DNA of 64,000 nt, taken from contig CAWHDP010000002.1 in NCBI GenBank assembly GCA_963828125.1, positions 768,539-832,538 of the forward strand. The letters are read 5' to 3'. The position numbers and the translations under genes were made by a program. Origin of the DNA: an uncultured Chlamydiae bacterium (lineage in GTDB: Bacteria; Chlamydiota; Chlamydiia; Chlamydiales; SM23-39). Shown here in pieces: positions 34,970 through 45,884 of the stretch. Position 1 is the first letter of the stretch. Every line of letters starts with the position of its first letter. The notes below the pieces were generated by a model. The model saw only the letters and a list, made by a program, of their open reading frames with translations. It made no database searches and was not told where the DNA came from.

Positions 34970-36224
34970 GGGTCAATCCTTGGAGATATAGATCCGAGGG
35001 AGAGGCTCCGGTACCGGCATAAACTGTGTCGGCCAGATACCGCATCATATTTTGTTCCCAGTAAATATTGAAATCATAGCTCGCAGAGACGTCCCAATGG
35101 TAGCTGCGGCATCCAAAATACGATCCCCATCCGAGTCCAATCGAAAGATCGAGATTGGGGCGAAGGCCGTTCACATCGTCCATTTTCATCTTCACTGGAA
35201 ACTCTGTCGTGCCGGATGCATCGGGGCTCGCTACGTTCTGGCTGATATCGTATCCAGTATAGAGCAAACTCGCTGCGACGTCTCCGATAAACCTAAGTCC
35301 ATAGCCAAGAAACCAGCTTCCGTTCAGCCCTGCGCGAGGACCGACAGCTCTTGACGTCGACGCATAGTGCGCCACGCGGGTGGCTCCTGGAATGGCTACA
35401 GTCGTGGCGAGATTGGCAGCTTGCATACTCAGATGTTGCCGAATCCAAGCGCCTCGGAGACCAAAAAATGGCTCAAGAACAAACCGAGCGCCTGAATAGA
35501 AAGGACGGGAAATCTGTCCATCGAGGATATCGATTTTGTAATTCCACTGAGAAGAGATGTGAGTCGTCCGACTGTTCGTCGCGATCGGCATCCAGCTGCT
35601 GGGGAGCCATATTCCGCTCTGCGGCAAATCGATCCCATCGACTGTCGCAACATTTGGATTTGGCGCATTTCGGGAAGTAGAGGTTGTTCCATGCAGCCAG
35701 GTATACTCTGCGTACAGAACCCAATTATCTTTAGGTCCGCTCCAGCCGAGGCCCACTTGGAATCCTGGCTTGTACTCAAAATCGGTTTTTAGAGGTTGAA
35801 ATCCGAGGGCAGATGGGGCGGGATCGGTCAAAGTGCTGCCAGAGATCGTCCCTTGCTCTGGAATCGCTAAATCCATCCCTCCTTGGATCGCTTCCCAATA
35901 GATAAAGCTCACTGTGAAAAAAGTATCCCAACCGCATTTCACTTCGAAGGCGGCGTGCTCGCTATAGGCCGAGGGGGTACAGCATGGATCGGTCTCAAAG
36001 CCCCGCTCAAAACAGACGGGCGGGCAAGGGGGAGGACAGGGTTTAGGGGCTGGCGCACATTTAGGCTTACAGGGACCCGGTTGGCAGGGTTTCGCCTTCG
36101 GCTTCGGTTTGGGACAGCATTCGGCCTTCGGCTCAGGGCAAATAGGAGGGGGGCCGCGATGCTCCCGGGCGTCTGCGCCGTGGATGAATAAGAGGGTCGC
36201 TGCTGCTAAGATCAGGTGTTTCAT
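34947..36224 (-). CDS. MOMP/OmpA-family-like outer-membrane beta-barrel porin with a Cys/Pro-rich N-terminal module
   Basis: Signal peptide MKHLILAAATLLFIHGADA. About 55 aa contain 13 Cys and many Pro/Lys (CPEPKAECCPKPKPKAKPCQPGPCKPKCAPAPKPCPPPCPPVC). Alternating beta-strand-like sequence ends in ..TLKTQFDF (terminal Phe). Confidence 0.7.
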   Translation of the reverse strand: MKHLILAAATLLFIHGADAREHRGPPPICPEPKAECCPKPKPKAKPCQPGPCKPKCAPAPKPCPPPCPPVCFERGFETDPCCTPSAYSEHAAFEVKCGWDTFFTVSFIYWEAIQGGMDLAIPEQGTISGSTLTDPAPSALGFQPLKTDFEYKPGFQVGLGWSGPKDNWVLYAEYTWLHGTTSTSRNAPNPNVATVDGIDLPQSGIWLPSSWMPIATNSRTTHISSQWNYKIDILDGQISRPFYSGARFVLEPFFGLRGAWIRQHLSMQAANLATTVAIPGATRVAHYASTSRAVGPRAGLNGSWFLGYGLRFIGDVAASLLYTGYDISQNVASPDASGTTEFPVKMKMDDVNGLRPNLDLSIGLGWGSYFGCRSYHWDVSASYDFNIYWEQNMMRYLADTVYAGTGASPSDLYLQGLTLKTQFDF

Positions 36225-36293
36225 AAGGCTCCAATAGAGTTGTTTCTATTTTTTTCAATATACGAGCATCATGAATTTTGGAAGAAAAAAAAT

Positions 36294-38294
<2,001 letters not shown>

Positions 38295-38298
<4 letters not shown>

Positions 38299-40357
38299 CC
38301 TTCGACCTCAAAAATCATCGTAGCCAGCGGGGCCAGCGCGATCATAAAGCCCCCTTTTTCTGGAACTATTTCTACATTCAGTTGATGCGAGCCCCGTATT
38401 GGGCAGAGTCTGTATTGAAGACCTCCCGAACCTTGCTTTGATCCTTTAAGGAGATCCAATATTGGGCGTGGAATTCCGGAGTAAAATTGTGGACGCACGC
38501 GAGGGAGCGCCCCGCCCCTTTGCGCAAATAGGAGATGACGCTATTTTGGCTGTCTGAAAAATCGATCCATTCGTAACCCCGCCAGTCGAAATCGGCCTCC
38601 CATAAAGGGGGCTGTGCGAGGTAAAAATGGTTCAGATCCCGCACCATGTCAAAGAGCCCTTGATGGTGGGGATATTGGAGCAAATACCAATCGAGATTCG
38701 ATTTGCAGTACCACTCGTTCCACTGCCCGATCTCAGCCCCCATAAAAATGAGCTTTTTTCCCGGATGGCAAATCATATAACTGTAGAGGAGGCGGACATT
38801 GGCATATTTTTGCCAGTCGGGCCCAGGCATTTTATTGAGAAGGCTCCCCTTGCCGTGGACCACTTCGTCATGCGACAAGACGCACATGAATTTTTCGGTA
38901 AATGCATAGAGCAGACTGAACGTCAGATCATTTTGGTGGAATTTCCGATAGATCGGATCTTTAGCAAAGTAACGGAGCAGATCATTCATCCACCCCATAT
39001 TCCACTTCAGATCGAAGCCGAGACCCTCTGCATGAGTGACTCCGCTGAATGAAGAGGACTCCTCAGCGATCATAAGAGCGCCTGGAAACTGCTCGTGGGC
39101 CACTGAATTGAGGTGTTTGAGAAATTCGATGGCGTCTATGTTGAAGTTGCTCCCGTCTGGATTGGGGATCCATTCCCCTCCCTTCCGTCCATAATCGAGA
39201 TAGAGCATTGAGGCGACCGCATCGACCCTGAGTCCGTCGATATGCATTTTGTCCAGCCAGAAGAGGGCGCTCGCGATGAGGAAATTGGCCACCTCCCTCC
39301 GCCCGTAGTTAAAAATCGCCGTCTGCCAGTGCGGATGGATCCCCTTCCGGGGATCGTCATGTTCATAGAGGGCAGTCCCATCAAACCGGTTGAGCGAAAA
39401 ATCGTCAGTTGGGAAATGGGCCGGCACCCAATCGAGGATGACGCCGATCCCCTGAAGATGCATGTGGTCGACAAAAAATTGAAAATCGGCCGGAGTCCCA
39501 TAGCGGCTCGTGACAGAGAAAAAGCCGGTCACCTGATAGCCCCAAGACTCATCGAGCGGATGCTCCATGATAGGCATCAGCTCGACATGAGTGAACCCCA
39601 TCTCATTGCAATATTTGGCCAGATCCACAGCGATCTCGCGGTAGTTTGGGAACTCAGCGCCATAACTCTTCCAAGAACCGAGATGAACCTCATAGATGTT
39701 GATCGGAGAATAGACCGATTGTTTTTTCCACTCCCCATCCCGCCAAGAATAGCCGTTTACATCGGCGACAACCGATGCTGTCAGCGGGCGCAGCTCCGAA
39801 TAAAAGGCGCACGGATCGCTTTTGATCCGGAGGTACCCCTCCCGCGTCCGGATCTCAAATTTGTATTTTTCCCCCGGTCCCACCCCCGGAACGAAAAGCT
39901 CCCAAATCCCCGAAATTCCGAGACTTCGCATCGGAGAGACCCTCCCATCCCAGTGGTTGAAGTCAGCAACCAAACTCACCGAACGGGCGTTGGGAGCCCA
40001 AACAGCAAACTGAGTCCCCCCATTTTTGACGTTTGCGCCGAGTACTGAATAGAGGCGGTAATGACAACCTTTATTGAAAAGAAAAGTGTCCATTTCCCCA
40101 ATGAGCGGCAGCTGGGCGTAAGGGTCGTGGGCAAGGAGGCCGCTCGTGTGGTAAACCCGGTAATCGTTCGGTGTAATTTTTTGCGGACAGAGGAACTCAA
40201 ACAGCCCAAATTCGTCGACTTTTTCAGCCTCGACAATCTGACCGAGAACCTCTAAATAGGTTTTATCGCTCCCAGGCCGCCACAAGCGGATGGTTTGGCC
40301 ATGCAGACCCAGGAGATGATGCGGGTTGTACTCTAGCTCTCTTACTAACATACTCAA
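38295..40357 (-). CDS. glgB: 1,4-alpha-glucan branching enzyme GlgB, last ~33 codons in a different frame
   Basis: GH13 motifs (DWVPAHF, GLRVDAVASMLY, IAEESS, HDEVVHGK). The C-terminal ..GSHQLNVEIVPEKGGFMIALAPLATMIFEV is encoded in ORF 38295-38498. The frames join if the G4 run (38392-38395) is read as G5. Confidence 0.9.
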
Positions 40358-40389
40358 AAAATACCGAAATCACATGATTTTAGATAGTC

Positions 40390-41349
40390 TCACGTTTCAA
40401 ACCGGTCGAGATGGTACGTCTTGCCAGATTCAAGGAAGAGAGGCTCCCCCCTTTTTATTTTTTTCTTTTTGTCCACTCGAAACGTCTCGATCCCTTTTGG
40501 GATATCCAAAATCACCTCGCCAGACGACGCCACGCGGAAAATCGCCCTTCGGACCGTTTTTTTCGACCATTCGAGATCGATCTCCCCAATTCCAGGAGCT
40601 TGAATACCAAGCAGCCGGCCGCAATCGAACGGAATGGGTAGATGCGGCAGCAGAGCGATCCGCCTCTCATCTTGCTGGAAAAAGAGCGAACGGATCCTCT
40701 TCGCCCCCTCCTGGAGGAGGAAACAGGGATGGCCCTGCGGCGGTTCGTCTAGAGTAAGCCCTTGGTACTGGTCATCGATCAGCCGAGGGACCAACATCCC
40801 CTTGAATGCAGCATGGATAAAATTTTCGATCGCAGGGTAAAGCAGTTTCCGGTCGGCAGGAAACTCTAAGAGACGAGCCGTCCCTGTCAGCGGCTGCGGA
40901 GGAATCCAAGGAGTCTTCTGACCAAGACAAAACAAAATAGGCAGCGCCGTCTTCAGATCCGAACGGCGTAAGTCATCTTGCGCCTTATGACTCCCCAAAG
41001 AGAGCCTCTCCACAGAGGGTTTAGAAATAAAATCGATCGGACTGGGAATATGGGCGCTCTCTAGCGGCCCCTTTTCCACATCGATGTGAAATCCAGACTC
41101 GCCGGCCCTTATTTTTAACCGAAAATACCCCTCTTTAGCCCGGCCGAAGACCCAGACGCAATCCGTTTCCAAATCTTGCTGTACAGTGAACCCTTCAACA
41201 GGCCCCGTGAGAGCCATTTTCCAGGGACGTCCGCCTATTTTGAGAAGGGTCGGAAACGCCTCAATCACCGAACAAGAACCCGGGATCACGCAAGAGGCGC
41301 CCGGAATATGTGAAAACGGTTTGATTTTTTTAGCGATTTTCATCTTCAT
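40390..41349 (-). CDS. Hypothetical protein (319 aa)
   Basis: ORF track. Its start overlaps the mtaB stop as ATGA (41346-41349), which argues for real translation. No motif recognised. Confidence 0.6.
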   Translation of the reverse strand: MKMKIAKKIKPFSHIPGASCVIPGSCSVIEAFPTLLKIGGRPWKMALTGPVEGFTVQQDLETDCVWVFGRAKEGYFRLKIRAGESGFHIDVEKGPLESAHIPSPIDFISKPSVERLSLGSHKAQDDLRRSDLKTALPILFCLGQKTPWIPPQPLTGTARLLEFPADRKLLYPAIENFIHAAFKGMLVPRLIDDQYQGLTLDEPPQGHPCFLLQEGAKRIRSLFFQQDERRIALLPHLPIPFDCGRLLGIQAPGIGEIDLEWSKKTVRRAIFRVASSGEVILDIPKGIETFRVDKKKKIKRGEPLFLESGKTYHLDRFET

Positions 41350-42587
41350 ATCACACCCACTAAACCATCTGGCTCATTGGCCACAAGCGCTACTTCGATC
41401 AGATCGTTCGACCTCACAAGACCCGCCGGAACCCAAACCCTGAGAAAATTCGCCGTATGCCCTGAAATAAATCCTGGTTTCGTCTCATTTTCTAAAAGGA
41501 CCTTCATCCGCCGCCCGACAAACCGGCTCCGGAGATCAAACGCCGTCTTTTCCGCAAGGCGAAGGAGCCTCTGTTTTCGGCGCCGGATCGTCTCTGCCGG
41601 CACTTTGTTCGGATAGAGCGCCGCCCGCGTCCGCTTACGGACGCTATACGGGAACATGTGCACCTTGGCAAACTCGACATGCCCTACGATCTCCAACGTC
41701 TCCTCAAAATCGGCCTCCGTCTCGCCTGGAAAACCTACAATCACATCGGTCGTCACTGTGAAATCGGGCTCCCTCGCCACTATTTTTTCCACTGTATCGA
41801 CAAAGATCTGCCGCGTGTATTTCCGGTTCATCCGCTTCAACGTCACATTGGAACCCGCCTGAAGCACAATGTGCATGCTCGGACAAGTCGCCTTTCCGTT
41901 CAGCACCGCATCCGCTAAATCATCATCCACCTCATCGGGATCAATGGATGAAATCCTCAGCCGCTCCAAGCCATCCACCCGATCGACCGCCCGAACCAAA
42001 TCGGCCAGCCGCCCCCCGCCGTCGAAATCGCCCACATTGATCCCAGTGAGAACCACCTCTTTATAGCCATTGGAGACGAGCCCCTCCACTTCCTGCACCA
42101 CATCGGTGATTTGGCGCGAACGGGAACGGCCCCTTACATACGGAATAATGCAGTACGTGCAGTAGGAATTGCACCCATCCTGCACTTTGACAAAAGCCCG
42201 CGTATGGGCGTCGAACGCTTGAATATTGAATTCGGGGAGGTTCTCCTCCTCGGGAAACAGTTGATCGACCAGCCGCTCTTTTTCCGCATTCGGCACAATC
42301 TCAATCCGTTCGGCCATCCCTTTGAGTACATCGGGGGCGCTCTCTGCCATGCAACCCGTCACGGCCACCCTCGCGTTCGGATGTTCGCGGAGCAAAGAGC
42401 GGATCTGGTGTCTCGAAGAACTGTCAGCCCCTTCGGTCACCGTACACGTATTGACAATGCAGAGATCGGCCTCCTCCCCATCCCGAGCCAGCACATAGCC
42501 CATCTGCCGCAGCTGATCGACATACCCCTGAGACTCATACTGATTCGTCCGACAACCGAGAGTCACCACTTTGAATTTTTTCTTCAT
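41346..42587 (-). CDS. mtaB: Radical SAM methylthiotransferase, MtaB-like (tRNA t6A37)
   Basis: FKVVTLGCRTNQYES, CNSYCTYCIIPYVRG, VIVGFPGETEADF. No MiaB-type N-terminus. Confidence 0.75.
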   Translation of the reverse strand: MKKKFKVVTLGCRTNQYESQGYVDQLRQMGYVLARDGEEADLCIVNTCTVTEGADSSSRHQIRSLLREHPNARVAVTGCMAESAPDVLKGMAERIEIVPNAEKERLVDQLFPEEENLPEFNIQAFDAHTRAFVKVQDGCNSYCTYCIIPYVRGRSRSRQITDVVQEVEGLVSNGYKEVVLTGINVGDFDGGGRLADLVRAVDRVDGLERLRISSIDPDEVDDDLADAVLNGKATCPSMHIVLQAGSNVTLKRMNRKYTRQIFVDTVEKIVAREPDFTVTTDVIVGFPGETEADFEETLEIVGHVEFAKVHMFPYSVRKRTRAALYPNKVPAETIRRRKQRLLRLAEKTAFDLRSRFVGRRMKVLLENETKPGFISGHTANFLRVWVPAGLVRSNDLIEVALVANEPDGLVGVI

Positions 42588-42664
42588 AGGGGATCAGTGT
42601 ATCAGGATCTTCCCAAAAATCCAAGACTTGAGATATCATCAAAACCTTTTAATGAGAGTTCACC

Positions 42665-43306
42665 ATGGATACGACTCCAGATGTAGGGTTTTTTGCCATT
42701 GTCGCAGCGATCTTTTTTATACTGAACGCAACCGGTCAGATCCCCCTCTTCCTCGCGATGCTCGCTCGCTTCGATCAAAGACGGCAGCTCAAAATCATCA
42801 CCCGCGAGCTGACCGTCGCCCTTGCGATCCTCCTCCTCTTCACCTTTTTCGGCGACGCCATTTTGCGCATTTTGGGGATCGCCCGCCCGATCATCGCCAT
42901 TGCCGGAGGGGTTCTCCTCTTCCTCATCTCCCTCACCATGGTTTTCCCGAAAACCGAAGCGGGCGATGGCGCAAAAGCCCTCACCCACGAGCCGATGATC
43001 GTCCCGCTGGCCATCCCGATCATCGCCGGCCCCGGAGCCATCACCACGGTCATGCTCTACGCCCATGAGACTGGCAACGTTTTCCTGGTCGCTGGCGCCA
43101 CCTTCGCCGCCTGGGTTCCCTCGCTCATCATTATCCTCCTCGGCTCCTACATCAAACAGCTCCTCGGAGAAAAGGGGCTCATCGCCGTCGAAAGACTCGG
43201 CGGCATGCTCGTCTGCCTCATCGGCGTCCAGATGCTCACCAATGGCGTCTTCCTCCTCGTCGCCGAGTACTTCAACATTCAGACATATACCCCCATCGGT
43301 CAATAA
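42665..43306 (+). CDS. MarC-family (UPF0056) integral membrane protein
   Basis: Six hydrophobic segments. Family motifs IFFILNATGQIPLFL, VFP, IVPLAIPIIAGPGAITT. Confidence 0.8.
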   Translation: MDTTPDVGFFAIVAAIFFILNATGQIPLFLAMLARFDQRRQLKIITRELTVALAILLLFTFFGDAILRILGIARPIIAIAGGVLLFLISLTMVFPKTEAGDGAKALTHEPMIVPLAIPIIAGPGAITTVMLYAHETGNVFLVAGATFAAWVPSLIIILLGSYIKQLLGEKGLIAVERLGGMLVCLIGVQMLTNGVFLLVAEYFNIQTYTPIGQ

Positions 43307-43370
43307 CTTGGATTTGGATCCAGGGCTTTGGCTTGGATCCAAATCCAAGTTATTGGCCGATGGGGGTATA
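43286..43370. repeat. 85-nt inverted repeat (37-nt arms, 36/37 complementary, 11-nt loop) spanning the marC stop codon and ending 1 nt before the next ATG
   Basis: tatacccccatcggtcaataacttggatttggatcca (43286-43322) / tggatccaaatccaagttattggccgatgggggtata (43334-43370). Confidence 0.9.
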
Positions 43371-43371
43371 A

Positions 43372-44472
43372 ATGATCGTTTATTCAAAAAAAATCATTCA
43401 GTTTATTAACGAACTTAAACATATCATAAAGGATATTCTCGCTAAAGAAATCCGTTTAAGGGTCGGGCGCGATCGTTTCTATAATCGACGGGAAGACTTT
43501 TCTTACCCAATCAGAGTCGTGATTTACAATAACAAAACGGCGCTTGGGTACTTTGACTCAAATTTTTATGAGCTTGGGTTTCACGAATGTCTCATGCATG
43601 CAAGTCAAGGGCAGCTGCATAATGTGGTCAAGCATGAGTTGGCTCACTACATCACCTTCATTAATTATGAGGACGCGGTTCAGCCTCACGGACCTGAATT
43701 CAGAGCTTTTTGCGAGCAGATGAGATGGGGTGAAGAGGTGTATAGGGCCACCGTCTGTTTGGAAGGCGGGCAGAATGTTTCTGGCATGGAGGAGGGCAGT
43801 ATTTTCAGAAAAGTTCAAAAATTAATGGCTCTTGCTTCCAGCTCCAATAAAAATGAAGCGGAGCAAGCGATGATCAAATCGCAACAACTTCTTCTGAAGC
43901 ACAATGTTGAGTCTAAATATATAGATCGAGAGGACGATGAGAAAGTAGTTCTGAAACGCATTATGAAGCAGAAAAAAGAAAATGCTAAAATGCGCTCTAT
44001 TGCAAGGATCTTGGAGACCTTTTTTGTGAGTACCGTCTACAATCGAGGGGGAGAGTTTATCTATCTTGAAATTTTGGGGAGCGCAGTCAATGTCGAGATT
44101 GCTGAATATGTGGCAAACGTTCTTGATAGTGAGTTCGATAACCTATGGAATCAAGCGCAGCAGCACATCCACTTAAGAGGAATGATTGCAAAAAACTCTT
44201 TTTTCCTAGGTCTCTCAAAAGGATACTGCGACAAAATCCAAGCCCTCAAAAGAGAGCATAGCAGCGCCGTCGCCAACGCGTTGATCGTCATCGAGAAACA
44301 ACTGATCGATGCGCAAGCAATGGTCTATCCACGATTGTCCACAGGAAAAAGCTACGCGAATTATTGTCGAGAATCATCCACGCTAGGAGAGCAAATGGGA
44401 AGAAATCTCAACATCAATCCTGCCGTCAACAGACCCTCTCCTCTCAGCTATATTGAGAACAAGTCCTCGTAA
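43372..44472 (+). CDS. SprT-like zinc metalloprotease domain + DUF2786 domain protein
   Basis: LHNVVKHELAHYI....HG.EF...C is SprT-like HExxH. IFRKVQKLMALASSSNKNEAEQAMIKSQQLLLKHNV is a DUF2786 signature. Confidence 0.65.
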   Translation: MIVYSKKIIQFINELKHIIKDILAKEIRLRVGRDRFYNRREDFSYPIRVVIYNNKTALGYFDSNFYELGFHECLMHASQGQLHNVVKHELAHYITFINYEDAVQPHGPEFRAFCEQMRWGEEVYRATVCLEGGQNVSGMEEGSIFRKVQKLMALASSSNKNEAEQAMIKSQQLLLKHNVESKYIDREDDEKVVLKRIMKQKKENAKMRSIARILETFFVSTVYNRGGEFIYLEILGSAVNVEIAEYVANVLDSEFDNLWNQAQQHIHLRGMIAKNSFFLGLSKGYCDKIQALKREHSSAVANALIVIEKQLIDAQAMVYPRLSTGKSYANYCRESSTLGEQMGRNLNINPAVNRPSPLSYIENKSS

Positions 44473-44585
44473 ATCAAGTACTGGCCAATGTCCAGTTTAA
44501 GGAGAGCTATTTGACGATCATGTTCAGACAGACCGTTTTTTCCGCAAAAACCGGCAAAACGAACACGAAACAAAGAAACATCCAT

Positions 44586-45311
44586 TCACAAATTACGCAA
44601 TTCATGTTTTAATCCGCCGTATTTCCGGATATACTCCTTCCCCCACATCGCAGCCCAGTGCAACACAACAGCCCCTAGCCGAACGCCTCTGCACATCAGC
44701 CAGTTATAGATCTCCGGAGCCTCGCCAACCGAGCATTTCTCTTCAAAAATGATCTGAGACAGCGCGTCTTGATCGCTTAAAAACTGGTCATTTCGAAAAA
44801 GGGCCGCCTCGCTCCACCTCTTCAGCAGCTTGGATTCCCTGCCAAAGGCGATCACTCCCGAATTGTAGAGGACAAAATCCCCTTCGCTCTCAGGATCTCT
44901 CACCCGGACAAGCCCCATCTTGCTTTCGGCGTCGATGTATCGGTACATCCCCTCCAAATTCCCCAAGATCTCGCAGTCGAGATCGGTCCAGATTGTCTCG
45001 GCAAACGGGCTTTGGAGAAGGGCGAACGGCTTTTTAAACCACGCCCCCCTCGATCCCCAGAAGGGACTCAAACAGTTTTCCCATTCCGCGACAACTGCCG
45101 GCTCAATCTCGCCTCTTTTCGCAACCCTCAGCCCGCCAAAGGCCACCTCAACAAGTTCCCCGCGAGCTTTACACCAAGCCCGCCCCCCTTCGCTCATCCC
45201 AAAATCTGCAAAGGCGACAGGAAGCGTGTTGTGTTCGCAATAATTCCCCCACCACCATGGGAGGAGCCACTCCTGACCCTCATCGGATGCCACCAAAACG
45301 CCTCGATCCAT
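44586..45311 (-). CDS. Nucleotide-diphospho-sugar transferase-like protein (GT8-like, weak)
   Basis: A DLD (DxD-like) motif within WTDLDCEI, and YNSGVIAF resembling the GT8 NSGV motif. The assignment is tentative. Confidence 0.45.
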   Translation of the reverse strand: MDRGVLVASDEGQEWLLPWWWGNYCEHNTLPVAFADFGMSEGGRAWCKARGELVEVAFGGLRVAKRGEIEPAVVAEWENCLSPFWGSRGAWFKKPFALLQSPFAETIWTDLDCEILGNLEGMYRYIDAESKMGLVRVRDPESEGDFVLYNSGVIAFGRESKLLKRWSEAALFRNDQFLSDQDALSQIIFEEKCSVGEAPEIYNWLMCRGVRLGAVVLHWAAMWGKEYIRKYGGLKHELRNL

Positions 45312-45430
45312 TTCCCCATTCTATACTTTTTTTGAGAAAAATGTTGCACGAATAAGAAAAAAAATTTACACCAACTATTAAGAGATTTGGAAAGACAGTC
45401 TTCCCGATCGGCAAAACAGAAGGAAAGAGT

Positions 45431-45739
45431 ATGGCAGTAAAAAGAAAAACGAAGGCGAAGGCGAAAAAGCCGGCTAGCAAAACAAAAAGAAAATCTGGCT
45501 TAACTCAGCTCGAATACAACTTATCGCCTGAACTTGCAGAAATCGTCGGCATGAAAAAAACGACCCGCCCCCAAGTCGTAAAAAAGATATGGGTCTATAT
45601 CAAAACAAAGAAATTGCAAGACGCCAAGAATAGAAGAATGATCAACCCGGATAAAAAATTGGGCGAAGTGCTAGGCAATCGATCGATCGATATGCTCAAA
45701 ATGGCCGGCGCTATCGGCAAACACCTCAAAAAAGCTTAA
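45431..45739 (+). CDS. SWIB/MDM2-domain protein with Lys-rich N-terminal tail
   Basis: LSPELAEIVG.KKTTRPQVVKKIWVYIK.KKLQD..NRR.I.PD.KL..V.G is the SWIB fold signature. Stand-alone SWIB proteins are a hallmark of Chlamydiae. Confidence 0.85.
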   Translation: MAVKRKTKAKAKKPASKTKRKSGLTQLEYNLSPELAEIVGMKKTTRPQVVKKIWVYIKTKKLQDAKNRRMINPDKKLGEVLGNRSIDMLKMAGAIGKHLKKA

Positions 45740-45766
45740 AGTTTTCTCATTTTGTTCTCCATGCAG

Positions 45767-45796
45767 GGCCGAGATACATATCTCGGCCTTGTTTTT
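45767..45796 (+). terminator. Rho-independent terminator after the SWIB gene
   Basis: ggccgagat-acat-atctcggcc followed by ttgttttt. Confidence 0.75.
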
Positions 45797-45884
45797 GACA
45801 GCGCCTAACCCGCATTTCTTGCGTCTGTGTGAGAAATGCGGGCTAAAGAATCTCGTAAAAGTTCAGGCCCCGAAGGGGGCTCTT

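Noticed and set aside
42602-43387. 261-aa minus-strand ORF antisense to the MarC-family gene
   Set aside because: Its product is Asp/Glu/Gly-rich low complexity. The opposite strand encodes a well-conserved six-TM MarC protein, and part of the ORF is generated by the 85-nt inverted repeat.
44511-44612. 33-codon ORF (TTG start) with a good AAGGAG site right after the 17-nt hairpin at 44480
   Set aside because: It is very short, has a non-ATG start, overlaps the 3' end of the convergent GT8-like gene, and conservation cannot be assessed. The region also resembles the repeat-associated sequence at 18640-18690.
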